In this document: piece by piece, positions 7,703-17,537 of the stretch
Layout: every line of letters starts with the position of its first letter
How positions within the stretch are numbered: position 1 is the first letter of the stretch
Source: Actinomycetes bacterium
Lineage (GTDB): Bacteria > Actinomycetota > Aquicultoria > CAJVYJ01 > JAUVQD01
Direction: 5' to 3'
Assembly: GCA_030610765.1 (NCBI GenBank)
Contig: JAUWRD010000002.1
Coordinates: 1-47,065, forward strand
DNA: 47,065 nt
The notes under the pieces: model-generated
The model's database searches: none
What the model was told of the DNA's origin: nothing
What the model saw: the letters and a program-made list of their open reading frames with translations, nothing else
Program-made: the position numbers and the translations under genes

Positions 7703-9100
7703 TTAGGCAAGACTTTTTAGATTCTCATGCACATTGACGCCAATATCCCAAACATCTCCCGCGCCCAATGTCATTAGAGCGTCTCCGGGTCTTAAGATCG
7801 ACAAGATGTAATCCCTAATCTCAGATTTATTCGGTATATACACCAGTCTGCTGCGCGGATTATGTTTGAGGATCTCGTCAACGAGAAGTTTACCTGTAAC
7901 TCCCGGGATCGGAAGCTCCCCGGCATTATAGATGTCAGTCATAACGGTTATGTCCGCGTCACCAAAAGCCTCGCCAAACTGTTCATGCAATTGCTTCGTG
8001 CGGCTAAAACGATGAGGTTGAAAAATGCAGATAACCCTTTTCCACTGACCTCCCCTGGCAGCTTTAAGGGTAGCCATAACTTCGGTGGGATGATGCGCGT
8101 AGTCATCGATAATTGAAACGCCGCCAACTACGCCTATGAGCTGAAAACGACGCTTCACGCCCTTGAACTCCGACAAGCTTTGCGCGGCTTTTTCAAGATC
8201 CAGGTCAAGTGATTTTGCGACCGCTAAAGCCGCCATCGAATTTAGAATATTGTACTCCCCGGGGACGCTCAGCCTCACCCGCCAATCCTTGCCTCGATCC
8301 TTGTCGTAGACCGTAAACTCGGATTCGAAGTCCTTGGATATGACATCATCATAATAGATATTGTTCTCACTGGATCGACCGAAGGTTATATATTCGCTAC
8401 CGCTCTCTCTCGCGGCTTTCTCGGCAGGCGACCCGTCTCCTAATATAATAGCTTTCCCGCTCGAGCCAAGTGCAGCAAGCCAGTCTTGAAAAAGCGCCAC
8501 CAGCTTTTCAAAAGTGAGATGGTAATCCAAATGATCACTGTCTATATTAGTTACTACTGCAAGCTCGGGTTTTAAGTAAACAAGGGAGCCATCACTTTCG
8601 TCGGCCTCTACTAAACAAATTTCGCCACTTCCATATTTGGCGTTACTGCCAATATCGTTTAGCTCCCCGCCAATAAGAAATGTCGGGTCCAAGTTGGCCC
8701 GCTCAAGAATTAACGCGGTCATCGAGGTGGTCGTGGTTTTACCGTGCGTTCCGGCAATAGCGATGGTTGTATTTTTTTGGCTGCATATCTGGTTCAACAT
8801 CTGAGCTCTGGCAAGAACCTTGATATTTTCTTTTCTGGCCAACTTTAGTTCAGGATTTCTCTCAGGTATGGCCGAAGAAATGACGACCCACTCGGCTCCC
8901 CTGGAATTTTTCTCGTCGTGGCCGATAGTGATATTGGCGCCCATCTCTGAGAGAACCTTTGTGTAACGACTCTCTTTTAGATCGGAGCCACCGACTTGAT
9001 GCCCCATCTCAATAAGCACTTTGGCGATGGCGCTCATGCCGGCGCCGCCGATCCCGATAAAATGTATTCTCTTAGTCTTGGGTAATTGGTCCATCTTCAA
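7703..9100 (-). CDS. murC: UDP-N-acetylmuramate--L-alanine ligase MurC
   Basis: It has HFIGIGGAGMSAIA and the Mur ligase P-loop GTHGKTTTTSM. It sits in dcw context. Confidence 0.95.
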   Translation of the reverse strand: MKMDQLPKTKRIHFIGIGGAGMSAIAKVLIEMGHQVGGSDLKESRYTKVLSEMGANITIGHDEKNSRGAEWVVISSAIPERNPELKLARKENIKVLARAQMLNQICSQKNTTIAIAGTHGKTTTTSMTALILERANLDPTFLIGGELNDIGSNAKYGSGEICLVEADESDGSLVYLKPELAVVTNIDSDHLDYHLTFEKLVALFQDWLAALGSSGKAIILGDGSPAEKAARESGSEYITFGRSSENNIYYDDVISKDFESEFTVYDKDRGKDWRVRLSVPGEYNILNSMAALAVAKSLDLDLEKAAQSLSEFKGVKRRFQLIGVVGGVSIIDDYAHHPTEVMATLKAARGGQWKRVICIFQPHRFSRTKQLHEQFGEAFGDADITVMTDIYNAGELPIPGVTGKLLVDEILKHNPRSRLVYIPNKSEIRDYILSILRPGDALMTLGAGDVWDIGVNVHENLKSLA

Positions 9101-10239
9101 CTTAGATTCTTTCTTCCCGTTTTCGCCATAACTTTCCCAGCCGTTTCCATTACGGTTGCGGCAAGCTCGTTAGCAGCTTGCGGTCGACCCAGGATCTTTG
9201 AGCACTCAGACATTTTCTTGAGCTCCAAAGGATTATATATCAAGTCGGAAACGGCTTGCCAAAGTAGTTGGGCGTTAAGGCTTTCGTCCAAGATTATGCC
9301 AGCGGCCCCCGCTGACTCCAGACGCTTTGCGTTAGCAAGCTGATGGTTATCGGTAGCCCAAGGATATGGAACCAAAAGCGCCGGTAGACCGCTCGCGGTG
9401 AGTTCCGCGGCTGTGCTTGCCCCGGCTCTTGTCACAGCCAGGTCAGCCACGGAGTATGCAAGACCTATCTCCTCTATATATGGAAAAAGGTGATAGCTCA
9501 TACTGTCATCCGGGCGCTTTGCCTGATTCAGTTTCTCCTTGATGTCATCAAAGTCGCGAGTTCCCGCAATATGCACTATCTGAAGATCTTGAGATTGACG
9601 CAGTAAGTCATAAGCGCTGATTGCCGCCTCATTTATTTTTAGAGCACCCCGACTACCGCCAAAAATTAACAACGTCTTCTGACCGTCGGCCAACCCCAAC
9701 TTTTGTAAAGCAGTGGCTCTGTCCACCCCGAAGATATCGCGTCTAACGGGGTTGCCGACAACTTTGACGTTTTGAGCGTTATCGAGCACCTTTTGGCTAT
9801 CGTCATACGCCAGCGCTACCACGTCAACATGGCTGCTTAACTTTCTATTGGCTAAACCAAGTACGGCATTTTGTTCATGAATAACCGTTGGAATACCCTG
9901 TCGCTTGGCGCTCATAACCATGGGGAAAGACGCAAAGCCACCCATGCCGACAACAATGTTCGGGTTATGTTTCTTGATTAATCGGCGAGCCCGTATCGAG
10001 CTGATGACGAGCTTAGAAGCAAAATCTACGAATTCGAGTGAAGGCTTACGCGGTAAGCCGCGTATTGGTAGTGTTTCAAGTTGATAACCGGCTTCTGGAA
10101 CAACTTGGCACTCCAGACCGTTATCACATCCGACCCAAATAATTTCTACACCGGCTATCGCTTCTTTAAGCGCTTCTGCCAGCGCCAGTCCTGGGTAAAC
10201 GTGACCGGCTGTCCCCCCGCCGCATATCATTATTTTCAC
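9097..10239 (-). CDS. murG: Lipid II-forming UDP-GlcNAc transferase MurG
   Basis: It has an N-terminal GGGTAGHVYP and is GT28-family-like throughout. Confidence 0.95.
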   Translation of the reverse strand: MKIMICGGGTAGHVYPGLALAEALKEAIAGVEIIWVGCDNGLECQVVPEAGYQLETLPIRGLPRKPSLEFVDFASKLVISSIRARRLIKKHNPNIVVGMGGFASFPMVMSAKRQGIPTVIHEQNAVLGLANRKLSSHVDVVALAYDDSQKVLDNAQNVKVVGNPVRRDIFGVDRATALQKLGLADGQKTLLIFGGSRGALKINEAAISAYDLLRQSQDLQIVHIAGTRDFDDIKEKLNQAKRPDDSMSYHLFPYIEEIGLAYSVADLAVTRAGASTAAELTASGLPALLVPYPWATDNHQLANAKRLESAGAAGIILDESLNAQLLWQAVSDLIYNPLELKKMSECSKILGRPQAANELAATVMETAGKVMAKTGRKNLS

Positions 10240-11362
10240 GACTAACTCCGCGTTTCTTCTTAGTTGTAAGTGTCAGGTTAAGCAAAATACCGATGCTGGC
10301 CAAAGTTAAAACTAGTGATGTTCCACCATAGCTTATGAGCGGCAATGTAATTCCGGTGATCGGAAGCATTCCGGTTACAGCGCCCATATTGATAACCGCT
10401 TGACTCAAGATCATAGCGCCGATTCCGCCACCGATCAATCGTCCAAAGGGATCATTACATCTACGGACCGCGTACCAGATCAGTAAGGAAAAAACTAAGA
10501 ATATGAAAACGACAGAAAGAGTTCCCGCAAGCCCGAGCTCTTCTCCAATGATCGCGAAAATAAAATCTGTATATGGAGCAGGTAGATACCCGAACTTTTG
10601 ACGACTGAGACCTAATCCAACGCCTTGCAGGCCACCGCTGCCGAAAGCCATGAGGGATTGAAGATATTGAAAGCCATTTTTGAGCGGGTCGGCTTCCGGA
10701 TCAAGAAAAGCCAGCCAGCGTTTGCGCCGGTACGGCTCTACCCAAATCAAAGCAAAAACAGCGGCACTGCCGCCCACCCCCAGCGGAATCAACTCTCGAA
10801 ATCTAATGCCCGAAAGAAACAAGAGCGCGAAGACGCTGATAAGAATAATCAGAAGTGTGCCCAAATCGGGCTGAGCCAGAATAAGAGCGGAAATAATCAG
10901 CAGTGGAATACCCAAAGGTTTCGCCAGCCCTATAAGGCTTTCGTTCTTCCATTTTTTTCTTGTTAAGATGTCGGCTGTATATAGGATAAAAGCTAGCTTT
11001 GCCATCTCAGACGGTTGAAAGCTAAATTCGCCAACGCCTATCCAGCGTTGGGCACCGCCCGCTACTTGTCCGACGCCAGGCACAAAAACCAATATCAGTG
11101 AGACTATCGAGAGCGCCAAGCCAGCGGGTGAAAGTTTTCTTAACAATCGGTAGTCAACGCGAGAGGCGAGATAAAGCAAGATCATGCCCGCCGCAATGTA
11201 CGCAAATTGCCTCCAGAGAAAGAAGAAACTATCTTTATGGCCCAGATAGGCAACGACAGAACTAGCGCTAGCTATCATGACCATGCCTATGAACAACAAG
11301 ACCAGGGTCACACTCAATATTAAATAATAAAGCGCGGGTTTGGGTTGCTTAACTTTTGCCAT
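10166..11362 (-). CDS. ftsW: SEDS-family peptidoglycan polymerase FtsW
   Basis: This is a 398-aa polytopic membrane protein with SEDS-like motifs (QPSEMAKL, GSGG...GLG). Its basic tail overlaps the murG start by 74 nt. Confidence 0.9.
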   Translation of the reverse strand: MAKVKQPKPALYYLILSVTLVLLFIGMVMIASASSVVAYLGHKDSFFFLWRQFAYIAAGMILLYLASRVDYRLLRKLSPAGLALSIVSLILVFVPGVGQVAGGAQRWIGVGEFSFQPSEMAKLAFILYTADILTRKKWKNESLIGLAKPLGIPLLIISALILAQPDLGTLLIILISVFALLFLSGIRFRELIPLGVGGSAAVFALIWVEPYRRKRWLAFLDPEADPLKNGFQYLQSLMAFGSGGLQGVGLGLSRQKFGYLPAPYTDFIFAIIGEELGLAGTLSVVFIFLVFSLLIWYAVRRCNDPFGRLIGGGIGAMILSQAVINMGAVTGMLPITGITLPLISYGGTSLVLTLASIGILLNLTLTTKKKRGVSRENNDMRRGDSRSRLPRTGAGRSA

Positions 11363-12758
11363 TTAAGCCCACCTCCGCTTTGACCGCGTTCTCAAAACAA
11401 TGCCCGCGCTCCTGATAATCTGAAAACATATCCTGGCTAGCGCACGCCGGTGACAGAAGGACTACATCGCCTACTTTAGCAAGCTTTATCCCCAATCGCA
11501 CCGCTTCCTCAAGTGAATTGACTTTCTTAGTCTGTATTGAATGCTTCTCGAAGGAGTCGGTCATCTCCGACGCCGATTCTCCAAAAAGAATAGCCGATTT
11601 GACTCGCCCCTTTGCCTCCAAAGCCAATTGATCGAAATCATTACCTTTGTTTCGACCGCCGGCCAAAAGAATAATCTCTTCGCTGAACGATCCAATTGCT
11701 CCAATCGTCGCTTCCGGATTAGTTGCCTTAGAATCATTATAGAAAAGAATGCCGCTTATCTGAAGGATTAAATCAAGTCGATGCTCGACCCCTTTGAAAT
11801 CCCTCAGGGCTGTAGCGATAACCTCTTCGGTAACCTCTTGAGTGAGGGCGACCGCCGTCGCTGCCATCGCGTTAGCCAAATTGTGTGCTCCACGCAGGGG
11901 GAGATCGCCTAGCTTCAAGATTCTGCGCAAGCCTCCTTTTAGGTCGTGAACAATCCACTGATCTTTTATGAAGACTCCAGGCGACCGACCAAATATCAAT
12001 TTTCTGGCCTGGCCGAAGTCTATCAACCGAAGACAGCTTTCGTTGGCAATGGCCCAATCAGAAGAGGTTTGCCTGGCAAACATCTTCAGTTTAGCATCTG
12101 TATAGGCTTCAAAACCCTCATGCCAATTGAGATGGTCTGGAGTGATATTAAGCAGCACCCCGACATCGGGCCGAAACTGATCGACAAATTCAAGCTGAAA
12201 ACTGCTTAGCTCTACAACAAGAGTGACCGAATTGTCAGAAGTCAAGAATTCGACCATCGGGCGACCAATATTCCCGCAAGCCTCGCTCTTAATTCCGGCC
12301 GCTCTGAGAATATCAACCACGAGCGCAGTTGTGGTGGTTTTTCCATTTGTCCCGGTCACGCCAATTATCGGTTGCGTTGTTAGGCGGCTAGATAATTCTA
12401 TCTCGCTAATAACAGGCAAACCCCGCTTTTTAGCCTCTTTAATAATAGCGGTAGACGGCGGAATTCCCGGACTAGGGATAACTAAGTCAGCGCCCTCCAG
12501 TATGCCAATATCATGAGGACCGAAATCTACTTCGACGCCCAGTGCCTCAAGACTTCTTGACTCTTCGGCGCGTCCAAGTCGTTCGCCCATTTCCGTGACC
12601 CAAACTCGAGCTCCAAGCTCCCGGCATCTCTTGGCTACGGCATATCCTGTCCGAGCCAGCCCGATTACAATAACCTTTTTGTTTTCCAGGTCAATCATCT
12701 TTGTTGCCAGCTTTCTCAAATTTGGCCTATCATCGTGCTGAAATGAAATAGAGAGCAA
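11349..12758 (-). CDS. murD: UDP-N-acetylmuramoylalanine--D-glutamate ligase MurD
   Basis: It has VIGLARTGYAVA and GVTGTNGKTTTTAL. The true start is probably the ATG at 12698 (MIDLENKKVIVIG), which removes the overlap with mraY. Confidence 0.93.
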   Translation of the reverse strand: MLSISFQHDDRPNLRKLATKMIDLENKKVIVIGLARTGYAVAKRCRELGARVWVTEMGERLGRAEESRSLEALGVEVDFGPHDIGILEGADLVIPSPGIPPSTAIIKEAKKRGLPVISEIELSSRLTTQPIIGVTGTNGKTTTTALVVDILRAAGIKSEACGNIGRPMVEFLTSDNSVTLVVELSSFQLEFVDQFRPDVGVLLNITPDHLNWHEGFEAYTDAKLKMFARQTSSDWAIANESCLRLIDFGQARKLIFGRSPGVFIKDQWIVHDLKGGLRRILKLGDLPLRGAHNLANAMAATAVALTQEVTEEVIATALRDFKGVEHRLDLILQISGILFYNDSKATNPEATIGAIGSFSEEIILLAGGRNKGNDFDQLALEAKGRVKSAILFGESASEMTDSFEKHSIQTKKVNSLEEAVRLGIKLAKVGDVVLLSPACASQDMFSDYQERGHCFENAVKAEVGLNGKS

Positions 12759-13761
12759 AACCGGCCCCAGCTAGAACGCCTGTCACGATCCAAAATCTAA
12801 TCATGACTTTTGTTTCCGACCAACCCAGTATTTCAAAGTGATGATGAATAGGAGCCATCTTAAAAACTCGATTCCCGGTCATTCGAAAGACGACCACCTG
12901 AATTATTACCGACAAACCCTCAATTACATAGATGCCGCCGATTAACATCAATAAGAGTTCAGTTTTAGTAGCCACGGCCATACCCGCGATAGCTCCGCCA
13001 AGCCCGATCGCTCCCGTGTCCCCCATAAAGATGTCAGCCGGAAAAGAGTTGTACCACAAAAAACCAATACACGCTCCACCAATGGCCGCAGAGAAAATAG
13101 CTAAATCCAAATGGCCTTGCCTAAAAGCAATACCAGCATAAGCCAACATAATGATAGTGACAGTACCGGCAGCTAGACCATCTAGTCCATCTGTAAGATT
13201 GACTGTATTGGCTGTACCGGCGATTAAGAGATAAAGAAAGACCAGGTAAAGCCAGGGAAATTTGATCGTCGTGCTACCGATAGTAAAAGAGCTGGTGAGT
13301 TTCCCCATGTCCAGGGAAATATTTGTTAAGGGGATAGCGACATTGCTGGATAGGCCCGTGTAATTGACCGCCAGCAAGCCCACTGTAATAGATATCGCCG
13401 CTAAGGCCAGAAGCTTATACCGAGCTGTGACACCTAATGAGCGCTCGCGCAAGACTTTGCTGACATCATCGACAAAACCCAGCACCCCGCAGGCCACTAT
13501 GGAAACCATAACAATCACAGTCACCTTGTCGAGGCGGCCCATTGCTAAGAACGTGATAATAACGGTGGCGATGATCAGGACGCCACCCATTGTGGGCGTA
13601 CCCTCTTTTAGGAGGTGCCCTTGAGGACCATCGACCCTGATGTTTTGGCCGATGCCTCTTGACTTCAACAGCCTGATCCAAAATGGCGCCAGCGCGGCGA
13701 TTATTACAAGCGCTAAGACCGCCGTTAAGAAAATTGTATAAGTTGGAAAACGCAAATTCAC
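12730..13761 (-). CDS. mraY: Phospho-N-acetylmuramoyl-pentapeptide transferase MraY
   Basis: Motifs present are GTPTMGG, NTVNLTDGLDGLAAG and PIHHHFE. Confidence 0.97.
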   Translation of the reverse strand: MNLRFPTYTIFLTAVLALVIIAALAPFWIRLLKSRGIGQNIRVDGPQGHLLKEGTPTMGGVLIIATVIITFLAMGRLDKVTVIVMVSIVACGVLGFVDDVSKVLRERSLGVTARYKLLALAAISITVGLLAVNYTGLSSNVAIPLTNISLDMGKLTSSFTIGSTTIKFPWLYLVFLYLLIAGTANTVNLTDGLDGLAAGTVTIIMLAYAGIAFRQGHLDLAIFSAAIGGACIGFLWYNSFPADIFMGDTGAIGLGGAIAGMAVATKTELLLMLIGGIYVIEGLSVIIQVVVFRMTGNRVFKMAPIHHHFEILGWSETKVMIRFWIVTGVLAGAGFALYFISAR

Positions 13762-15206
13762 TCTCTCTCTTTAGACAACTCTTCCACAACAGATTCCAGA
13801 CCGGCCACTCGCGATCCTTTGACCAGAACGACATCGCCCGGCACCAAACGAGTCAACAACCAGCGAGCGACATCATCTTTTGACTGAAACCATTTTACGT
13901 CCTGCTCGGGTAGTCCACTCTGAACCGCTGACTTCGCGATATCCTCGGTTTCCCTTCCAACTGCCGCCAGGCGATCAATGCCAACAGACGCAATCTTTCT
14001 GCCGACTTCTTTGTGTGCCGCGATCGAATCTTCGCCTAGTTCGGCCATCGCCCCTAAAACAGCGTATCGATTGGTATCGGTTTTTATCTTCGCCACCGTT
14101 TCCAGCGCCTCTGCCATTGATGACGGATTGGCGTTATACGCGTCATTTACAATTATGAAACCTAGCCCGCTTCTCACAATCTTCAACCGCATATCACCGA
14201 GTTCAACTTGACTCAAACCGTCAGCGATCGCGCGATCATCGACTCCTATAATCTTAGCCGCTGCTATGGCCGCTAATGCGTTAATAATATTATGTCGACC
14301 TGGAACGGGGAGCTTAAAGATAGGACCCTCGGAACCATTAACGACCAGACGCCAGCTCGGCGAGGCCATATCGTCATAGCTGATCTCAACAGCTCTATAA
14401 TCAGCATTACTTGAGAGCCCAAAGGTAACCACTTTAGCCTTAGTTCTCTCTCTCAGATAGTCGAGCCATTCATCATCTGCGTTCAGTATGGCATAACCAT
14501 CCGCCGGCAAGGCCTCAATGAGCTCTGCTTTGGCTCGAGCGATCTTCTCCTCCGAACCGAGCAACCCGATGTGGGCCTGGCCAATATTCGTTATGATACC
14601 AATATCAGGCTCAGTAATGGCCGCTAGTGAAGCTATTTGGCCAACTCCACGCATGCCCATCTCCACTATTAATAGCTCAGTCTCTAGTTTAGCTTTAGTG
14701 ATAGTCATCGGGACGCCAATTTCGTTATTATTATTTTTGGCCGACGCTGTGAGGTTAAAGGTTTTATTGGTTATTGAAGACAAAATATCTTTTGTGGAGG
14801 TCTTGCCCGTGCTTCCGGAAATACCTACTACTTTGGCCCGAAGCCGCCTTCTGACAAGGTGCGCGATGCTGTTTAGGGCTTGGCGCGTGTCTCCAACTAA
14901 GAATACTAGATTTGTCCCTCTTAGCCACGTTTTAACGTCCCCGCTATTTTGCTCCGTCAAAAATCCTACCGCACCGTCAGCCATAGCTTGATCGATAAAC
15001 TCGTGGGCGTTAAAATTCAGGCCCTTTAAGGGAATGAATAGATCTCCCTCATGTAAACATCTAGAATCCGCCGATATTGAAGAAACGAGCGACTCGGGAT
15101 CACCTGACAATAGCCGTGCCCCACTCGCCTCTTGAATATCTTTGGCTTTAATTGGTACCACTAAGCATCTCCTCAAGCGCAACTCTTGCCACGACGCCGT
15201 CATCAA
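13758..15206 (-). CDS. murF: UDP-MurNAc-tripeptide--D-Ala-D-Ala ligase MurF
   Basis: It has the Mur ligase P-loop GISGSTGKTSTKD, DAYNANPSSM and a MurF-like C-terminus. The N-terminal ~18 aa of the ORF overlap murE and may not be translated. Confidence 0.93.
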   Translation of the reverse strand: MMTASWQELRLRRCLVVPIKAKDIQEASGARLLSGDPESLVSSISADSRCLHEGDLFIPLKGLNFNAHEFIDQAMADGAVGFLTEQNSGDVKTWLRGTNLVFLVGDTRQALNSIAHLVRRRLRAKVVGISGSTGKTSTKDILSSITNKTFNLTASAKNNNNEIGVPMTITKAKLETELLIVEMGMRGVGQIASLAAITEPDIGIITNIGQAHIGLLGSEEKIARAKAELIEALPADGYAILNADDEWLDYLRERTKAKVVTFGLSSNADYRAVEISYDDMASPSWRLVVNGSEGPIFKLPVPGRHNIINALAAIAAAKIIGVDDRAIADGLSQVELGDMRLKIVRSGLGFIIVNDAYNANPSSMAEALETVAKIKTDTNRYAVLGAMAELGEDSIAAHKEVGRKIASVGIDRLAAVGRETEDIAKSAVQSGLPEQDVKWFQSKDDVARWLLTRLVPGDVVLVKGSRVAGLESVVEELSKERE

Positions 15207-16623
15207 AAGAGATTACCTTGTCTCCAAGTATCTGGTAGTCTTCATGCCCTTTTCCGGCAATGACAATAACGTCACCTTTTTGCGCTGCTTTGATCGCCAT
15301 CTTAATTGCCTTTTCTCGTTCGACTTCTACGTTTAGTTCTACAGCTGCCTCTTCTGGAATCCCTCGAGTAATGTCTCTAATGATTTCTTCCGGCTCTTCA
15401 CTCCGCGGGTTGTCTGATGTCACTATGGCAATATCGCTTAAGCGGGCGGCGATTGCGCCCATTTCCGGTCTTTTCCCACGATCACGATCGCCCCCGCACC
15501 CGAAAACCGTGATCAGTCTTTTGGTCCCGGTTAAATTTTTCGCCGTCGACAAGACTTTTTCCAGGCCATCCGGTGTATGCGCGTAATCAACAAAAACCTG
15601 GAAATTCTGGCCACAAACTATTTTTTCAAAGCGCCCGGGTACCCCCGCGACATCCCAAATGCCCTCAGCCACGCTTTTTTCCGATGCCCCCAATTCAAAC
15701 GCTGAAACTCCGGCTAATGCCAGGTTAACAATATTGAAATCTCCCACCATTCGACTTTTGACCGCCAGGCTAGCGGCCGAGCTGTTGAGCGTGAATGAGG
15801 TCTCCACAGCTGAAGACTTAACTTGCGCCAGCTGATAATCCGCGTCACGCTCCCCAAAAGTAACCGTGTCATCTTTATCACACATATCGACTAGTCGTCG
15901 CCCGAAAACATCATCGGTATTTATTATTCTCACGCCGGAACCAAAAGTAGGATCTGTAAATAGACGGGCCTTTGATAAAAAATAGTTCTCTATATTACTG
16001 TGGAAATCAAGATGGTCGCGGCTTAGGTTTGTGAAAACCCGGCCGGCGAACCGACACTGATCAACCCTCGCTAAATGAAGAGCATGCGAAGATACTTCCA
16101 TTATTGCGATCTGCACGCCATCGGAGACCATCTGCGCTAATATGCGTTGTAAATCTAACGACTCCGGCGTCGTTCTCTCGGCATGATAACACTTGTTGTC
16201 GATCTTGTATTCAATCGTGCCTATCAGCCCGGTCTTAAAACCAGCATGCTTAAAAATTGATTCCATCAAATACGCGATCGTTGTTTTTCCGTTTGTTCCG
16301 GTAACGCCAACCAGACTCAATTTTCTACTTGGCTGACCAAAGAATATATCTGAGACTTGCGCCAAAGCCTTACGCGCATTTGGAACTTCTAGTTGTGCTA
16401 ACGACCCGGCCAGGTCGGGTCGCGCCCGCTCCACCACAGCGGCAACCGCGCCCTTATCTAAGGCTTGGTCAATGAATTTATGGCCGTCTACTTGAGTCCC
16501 GGGGATAGCAACGAACAGCGAGCCTGGCCGGGTTTGGCGTGAGTCATAGACGATATCTTTGATATTGATATCGTCCACGGGCTTTTCTATATCCATTGCC
16601 GATGCCAGCTCAGCGATTTTCAC
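15148..16623 (-). CDS. murE: UDP-MurNAc-L-Ala-D-Glu--2,6-diaminopimelate ligase MurE
   Basis: It has GVTGTNGKTT. The DNPR motif (TSDNPRSEEP) is associated with meso-DAP-adding MurE enzymes. Confidence 0.95.
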   Translation of the reverse strand: MKIAELASAMDIEKPVDDINIKDIVYDSRQTRPGSLFVAIPGTQVDGHKFIDQALDKGAVAAVVERARPDLAGSLAQLEVPNARKALAQVSDIFFGQPSRKLSLVGVTGTNGKTTIAYLMESIFKHAGFKTGLIGTIEYKIDNKCYHAERTTPESLDLQRILAQMVSDGVQIAIMEVSSHALHLARVDQCRFAGRVFTNLSRDHLDFHSNIENYFLSKARLFTDPTFGSGVRIINTDDVFGRRLVDMCDKDDTVTFGERDADYQLAQVKSSAVETSFTLNSSAASLAVKSRMVGDFNIVNLALAGVSAFELGASEKSVAEGIWDVAGVPGRFEKIVCGQNFQVFVDYAHTPDGLEKVLSTAKNLTGTKRLITVFGCGGDRDRGKRPEMGAIAARLSDIAIVTSDNPRSEEPEEIIRDITRGIPEEAAVELNVEVEREKAIKMAIKAAQKGDVIVIAGKGHEDYQILGDKVISFDDGVVARVALEEMLSGTN

Positions 16624-16667
16624 GAGTCAATCAATTCCATTCATTTAAGTGCTCACGCGTCTATCCC

Positions 16668-17537
16668 TTAAGGTTGCACTCGCAACCTCTTCAACGCGTA
16701 TTCGCCAACCGCTGAAAAAACGGGGGCCGCGACTACGCCGCCATAGATAGCGCCTTGTGGTTCGTCTATTGCAACCAAAATTGTCAGTTTCGGATTATCC
16801 GCCGGTAGAAAGCCGATAAAAGATGAAATATATTTTCCGGGATCATAGCCCCTGGCATCAACTTGAGGTTTCTGCGCAGTGCCGGTCTTACCTGCTACTT
16901 TGTATCCAGAAACTTTCGCGTTTCCACCTGTGCCGTTTTCAACCGCCTCGGTCATGATCTCGGCCATTGATGCCGCGGTTGCCTTAGAGATTACTTGCTT
17001 GCTGCCCCCAAGGTCTTTCCTGGTGAACCGAGGTGAAATGAGTTTTCCCTCTGCCGCGACAACATTAATAGCTCGAACCGATTCCAGGCTAGTTGCCGAT
17101 AACCCTTGCCCGAACGGAATGTTTGCGATAGAACTGGCAGACCATATATTTGTCGGAGGTGTGTAACCTTGGCCTTCGTCGGGCAATTCTGCTCCTGTGC
17201 CTTTATTTAGCCCAAAACGTTCAATGTATTGATAGATTCTTTCCGGACCTAGTGACTGCCCGATAACAACCGCTCCTATATTACTCGAGCGGGTGACAAT
17301 TTCTTTAAAAGAAAATATCTCGGCTCCTCTTTCATGAGCTTCATGTATTGTATGTCCGCCCACTTGGATTCTTCCCGGTAAATTCAGTAAAGTACCTGGT
17401 GAATATAGCTTTTCTTCAAGCGCCGCCGACGCGGTGACTATTTTCATCGTCGAGCCGGGTTCGTAAACATCGGAAATGGCTCTATTCCTAAAGAGCTTGG
17501 GGTCTGTCTCTGAGAACTTGTTTAAGTTATATGTCGG
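16668..17537 (-). CDS. ftsI: Class B penicillin-binding protein FtsI/PBP2B, C-terminal transpeptidase part (same frame as the upstream fragment, separated only by a TAA)
   Basis: My own translation of 17448..17537 gives PTYNLNKFSETDPKLFRNRAISDVYEPGST. It joins the track ORF (MKIVTASAALEE...) to give the SxxK motif STMK. KTGT is present downstream (AGKTGTA). Confidence 0.85.
   Translation of the reverse strand, partial: PTYNLNKFSETDPKLFRNRAISDVYEPGSTMKIVTASAALEEKLYSPGTLLNLPGRIQVGGHTIHEAHERGAEIFSFKEIVTRSSNIGAVVIGQSLGPERIYQYIERFGLNKGTGAELPDEGQGYTPPTNIWSASSIANIPFGQGLSATSLESVRAINVVAAEGKLISPRFTRKDLGGSKQVISKATAASMAEIMTEAVENGTGGNAKVSGYKVAGKTGTAQKPQVDARGYDPGKYISSFIGFLPADNPKLTILVAIDEPQGAIYGGVVAAPVFSAVGEYALKRLRVQP

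Noticed and set aside
10166-10239. The 74-nt ftsW/murG overlap and the 59-nt murF/murE overlap, considered as possible frameshifts or fusions.
   Set aside because: Both downstream genes have intact canonical N-termini. The overlaps are explained by a non-conserved basic tail (ftsW) or by an over-extended start call (murF).
14518-14991. A 157-aa plus-strand ORF inside murF. Similar antisense or out-of-frame ORFs lie inside murD, mraY, ftsW, ppdK, glyS and the OYE gene (for example 33281..33748 and 37611..37943).
   Set aside because: All lie fully within well-supported Mur, Fts or housekeeping genes on the other strand or in another frame, and they look compositionally like antisense artefacts.
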